In this document: positions 60,575 to 64,000 of the stretch, piece after piece
How positions within the stretch are numbered: position 1 is the first letter of the stretch
Layout: each line of letters opens with the position of its first letter
Origin: Naegleria gruberi
Taxonomy: Eukaryota
Assembly (NCBI GenBank): GCA_000004985.1
Contig: GG738881.1
DNA: 64,000 nt
Reading direction: 5' to 3' (one strand)
Translations under genes and position numbers: made by a program
Notes under the pieces: model-generated
Databases searched by the model: none
What the model saw: the letters and a program-made list of their open reading frames with translations, nothing else
What the model was told of the DNA's origin: nothing

Positions 60575-62413
60575 TCAAAACGTACCATCTTGACAGGATT
60601 GGTTGCTCCAACATTGTATATCAATAAATGTTGATTGAGTCATTTTACGTATGAATTCAACTCCTTCACCAGAAATACTATTTTCATAAATAGAAAGTCT
60701 GGTCAATTGGTTCATTTTACTGATTGCCTTGAATCCTTCATCACTAATATTATTATCGCAAACATCTAGATGGGTCAATTGTTTCAGTTCACTTATTGAC
60801 ATAGCTCCATCATTACCTAAATTATTTCCTTTAATCACAAGTTCAGTTAAATTTTTCAAGTCTGAAAGGTGTTTAGCTCCTTCACTACTAATAGAATTAT
60901 GGGAAATATCTAGAATAGTCAGTTTTTTCAGTTCACTTATATGCATAGCTCCATCATTACCTAAATTATTTCCTGTAATCACAAGTTTAGTTAAATTTTT
61001 CAAGTCAGTAAGGTAATTTGCTCCTTCACTGCTAATAGAATTATCGGAAATAGAAAGCTCCTTCAATTGTTTCAATTCACTAATGTATTTAGCTCCTTCA
61101 TCACTAATACGATTATAGGGGATATTGAGACAGGTCAATTGATTCAATTGACTGATGTATTTCACACCTACACCTCTCATTTCACTGTAAGGAAAATTAA
61201 GAATTGTTAAATTTTTCAATTCGCTAATGTATTCAAGTCCTTCACCATCAAAATGACTTTCAAGAATAGAAAGTTCTGTCAATTGTTTCAATTTACAAAT
61301 GTGAAAAACTCCTTTCTTATTAATATTGTTTACAGAAATGTCAAGTTTGGTTAATTGTGTCATTTCGCTTATATACTCAGCTCCTTGTTCACAAACGTAA
61401 TTCTCAGAAACAAGTAGAGTAGTTAATTTTTTCATATTTCTAATATATTTAGCACCTTCTTCACGAACATAGTTTTTAGTAACATCAAGATATGTTAATT
61501 GTTTCAATTCACTGATATATCTAGCTTGTTCAGATCTAATACCACTTTCAGAGATATAAAGACTTGTCAATTGGTTCAATTTGCTAATATATTTAGCTCC
61601 CTCAATACTAATTTCATTTTCACTAATGTGAAGAACTATCAATTTTTTCAATTGACTTATTGATTGAAGTACTTTATCGTCAATACTACATGTATTAATA
61701 TTAAGGCATGTCAACTGCTCAAATTTACCAATATATTGAGCTCCTCCACTACCTATCTTAATACGAGAAATATCAAGATTTGTTAAATGTTCCAATCCAC
61801 TCAAATATATTATTCCTGCATCACCAATACTATCATTGCAGGCAATTTCAAGACTTGTTAATTGTTTCAATTGACTGATATATTTAGCGCCTACATTGTC
61901 AATATAATTAGCAGAAATATTAAGCTTTGTTAATTTGTTAAATGATTCACTGATAATTTTAACTCCTTCGGAACCAATATAATTACCAGAAATGTAAAGA
62001 CTTGTTAATTGTTTCAATTCAGCCATGCTTTCAACATGTTCATCATCAATATCCATTCCTTGAATTTCAAGACTAGTCAATTGTTTCAATTGACCAATAT
62101 ATGTAACTGATTCGGAATCAATTTTAACTCCAACAACGTAAGGAATACAAAGATTAGTTACTGATTTCATCAATATTAATTTTTTGTAAATATTTGATAG
62201 TACTTTAATCTCAAGATTTGCAATATTTTGTAAAAATTGACCATTTACATCATTGGAATGACATTTAACAGTCATATTATGACATGTTGATAGAATGACA
62301 TTGTACCATTGTTTAGAAACTAATGCACAATTCATGACAAGAAATTTAAAATCGTCACCATAGAACGATAAAATTTCATAAATAACATCATCTTGAAAAA
62401 CTTCTCTTTCCAT
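60575..62413 (-). CDS. F-box-like + leucine-rich-repeat (RNI-like, about 20 repeats) protein, 612 aa
   Basis: N-terminus DDVIYEILSFYGDDFKFLVMNCALVSKQWYNVIL is F-box-like. Then a regular 24-25-aa LRR repeat (LKQLTSLEIQGMDIDDEHVESMAE / LKQLTSLYISGNYIGSEGVKIISE ...). This gene uses TGA as its stop, the only one in the window. Confidence 0.7.
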   Translation of the reverse strand: MEREVFQDDVIYEILSFYGDDFKFLVMNCALVSKQWYNVILSTCHNMTVKCHSNDVNGQFLQNIANLEIKVLSNIYKKLILMKSVTNLCIPYVVGVKIDSESVTYIGQLKQLTSLEIQGMDIDDEHVESMAELKQLTSLYISGNYIGSEGVKIISESFNKLTKLNISANYIDNVGAKYISQLKQLTSLEIACNDSIGDAGIIYLSGLEHLTNLDISRIKIGSGGAQYIGKFEQLTCLNINTCSIDDKVLQSISQLKKLIVLHISENEISIEGAKYISKLNQLTSLYISESGIRSEQARYISELKQLTYLDVTKNYVREEGAKYIRNMKKLTTLLVSENYVCEQGAEYISEMTQLTKLDISVNNINKKGVFHICKLKQLTELSILESHFDGEGLEYISELKNLTILNFPYSEMRGVGVKYISQLNQLTCLNIPYNRISDEGAKYISELKQLKELSISDNSISSEGANYLTDLKNLTKLVITGNNLGNDGAMHISELKKLTILDISHNSISSEGAKHLSDLKNLTELVIKGNNLGNDGAMSISELKQLTHLDVCDNNISDEGFKAISKMNQLTRLSIYENSISGEGVEFIRKMTQSTFIDIQCWSNQSCQDGTF

Positions 62414-62597
62414 TTTTTTTGGTAAATCATAATTTATTCAATTTTTTGGTCAACCAAACATTTTACATCATGCTGATTCTAGGAATGATTTCACATCACT
62501 TGTTTGGAATTTAATTCATGTTGGTACATCATCAGAACAACCTGAACTAGCTTTGATGTTATTTAACATCATAGCTCAACGAAAGGGTAACTGATGA

Positions 62598-63979
62598 TTA
62601 TTGTCTTGTTTTGAAAGAATTGAAAAGTGAGAATACAACATCCAAGAGTGAGTTAACTATTTCCTTAAATTCAGGTCTACTCTTGAAATTGTATTCAACA
62701 CATTTACTTCCTAATGTGTGGATAAGCTTGGCTTGCTCTTCTGTAAGACATGGATAATGCTTACATAATTCTTCAACAGAAACGAAATTGATTTTGAGCA
62801 GCTGAGTATTGCTATCTTTTGTACGCACAATGCTTTGATTGGTCAAAAGCATATTCAGTGTAACTCCAAAACTGAAAGCATCCACTTTTGTGTTACCTAT
62901 TTCCGCACCTGTTACCATTTCAGCAATCTCTGGAGGCTTCCATAACTGGGTCATCATATTAATCAATTATCAACTTACCATATAGCCCGCAGTACCATAG
63001 ATTGAAGTTAGTGTTGTCAAATATTTTGCTGACTCCTTTGCTACGCTAAAATCTGTTAGTTTTACATCATTCACATATTCAATTCCATTAATAGTAATTG
63101 TTGAATAGAGAATATTGGAAGGTTTTAAATCGTGATGATAGATTTTTTCACTATGCAAAAATTCAAGTGTTTGAGCAATTTTCAAAGCAATGAACATAAT
63201 TTGAAATATTTGTCCATAACCTTGTCCTCCAAAATCATTAAAAGAATTTGTTTCATCTTTAAAACTTTTCATCAGTTCCAAAAATAATTGTACATTATTA
63301 TCATTTTCTTCATAATGAATTAACTTGACAATTCCTGGATGTTTGCTAACTTTTCTAATAATGTTTAGTTCTTCCAAATTATTTTCACATTTTATCGTTT
63401 TTCGTGCTACTGGAATATTATTCAATAATACTTTAACCACAATACCACATGCACCCTTTCCTAATTCTGTCATGCCACTTAGATCTATAATAGGATTTTG
63501 TAAAGTACAAGAAGTGATGGTATCAATGAATTTCTCAACATTATTAAGTGCAATAATCTTAGAAATGTTGTGTTAAAATTGAAAGGCATATCCTGAATAG
63601 AGGAAATATTAAGGAATGTGCTGAGTTGGGTTTTGTCGTTTGGATTCAAAAATTTGCTTAAAATTGACTTTTCTATTCCTACCACTCCTAATCGTTGTGC
63701 TGTTTTCAATACTGGAATGATTAAGTGTGTTGGAAGAGTGACATTAATTCTGTAGCAATATTTCACAATATATATCATTTCTTTTGGATAATTATCATCT
63801 GAAGATATCAAATTAAAATTAGTCATAGATGAATTTAGAATAGTTTTGTGACACTTTACAATCTCTCCATCAATTGTTAATACTAAATCGTGGTATAATT
63901 TAGTTTTGTACAAGTTTTGGAGAGTTTCTAACAAATCATTTCGATGAAAAATGTTCAACAGAGGTTCAACTGAATTCAT
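62598..63979 (-). CDS. BTB/POZ-domain + protein-kinase-like protein (kinase with non-canonical HHD and DFS motifs), at least 2-3 exons
   Basis: ORF 63485..63979 carries a BTB core (YHDLVLTIDGEIVKCHKTILNSSMTNF). ORF 62970..63473 carries the kinase N-lobe and catalytic loop (LGKGACGIV, VARK, HHDLKPSNIL, TDFSVAK). ORF 62598..62966 carries the C-lobe, joined through a 33-nt gtaagt..cccag intron (..GYM|LWKPPEIA..). The BTB-kinase junction at about 63474-63484 is not resolved. Confidence 0.5.
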
Positions 63980-64000
63980 ATTAACGTTGATCTTTGGATA

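Overview
This window reads as the left end of a nuclear chromosome from an AT-rich microbial eukaryote, not a prokaryotic locus. I found no CRISPR array, operon structure or phage/defence cassette.

Chromosome end and assembly: positions 1-350 are a telomeric array, (CCCAAA)n on the plus strand (TTTGGG-type G-strand), about 58 units. It is followed by about 4 kb of gene-free, AT-rich subtelomere carrying two diverged copies of a roughly 600-bp repeat, and by an 887-N assembly gap. Two further 50-N gaps sit inside a histidine-kinase gene.

Gene content: from about 4.5 kb onward the region is gene-dense, with roughly 35 protein genes on both strands. It also has very short GT..AG introns (about 33-210 nt, several only 33-37 nt), TAA used as stop in nearly every gene, and polyQ/polyN/polyT low-complexity tracts encoded by CAA/AAT. 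The standard genetic code is in use, because long ORFs are free of in-frame TAA/TAG; this argues against a Paramecium/Tetrahymena-type ciliate even though the telomere unit resembles theirs.

Recognisable genes include:
- F-box-like proteins and a RING-finger TM protein
- a hybrid sensor histidine kinase (TM-HisKA ... HATPase-REC) split by gaps
- an LZTR1-like Kelch/2xBTB protein
- an MFS transporter with a long low-complexity N-terminus
- a METTL25-like methyltransferase (two exons, 37-nt intron)
- a 4-exon NHL-repeat/EGF-repeat/TM/Ser-Thr-kinase receptor with all-phase-1 introns
- an intronless secreted vanadium-haloperoxidase/PAP2-like protein next to a divergently transcribed paralog of its N-terminal domain
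- a 3-exon cathepsin-L-like protease
- an RGS+START fusion protein
- WD40 proteins including RAE1/GLE2
- a CobW/ZNG1-type GTPase
- a Sel1-repeat protein
- a secreted SBP_bac_3 (periplasmic-binding-protein type 2)-like protein
- a selenocysteine thioredoxin reductase ending ...GC-TGA-GGA-TAA (GCUG motif)
- an RCC1-repeat protein
- ESCRT-II VPS25
- a NSMAF/FAN-like GRAM-BEACH-WD protein with extra 5' exons
- an F-box/LRR protein
- a BTB + (degenerate) kinase protein
- one intron-containing tRNA-Cys(GCA)

The most unusual content is a set of bacterial/algal-type genes close to the telomere: the haloperoxidase pair, the SBP_bac_3 protein, the hybrid HK and a secreted unknown. This is a candidate case of subtelomeric foreign-gene enrichment, but it is inference only.

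Limits: all coordinates I derived by eye are approximate (+/-1-3 nt); tool-provided ORF coordinates are used where possible. I cannot assign the organism. The gene set and codon habits resemble amoebozoan/heterolobosean protists, but that is a guess.
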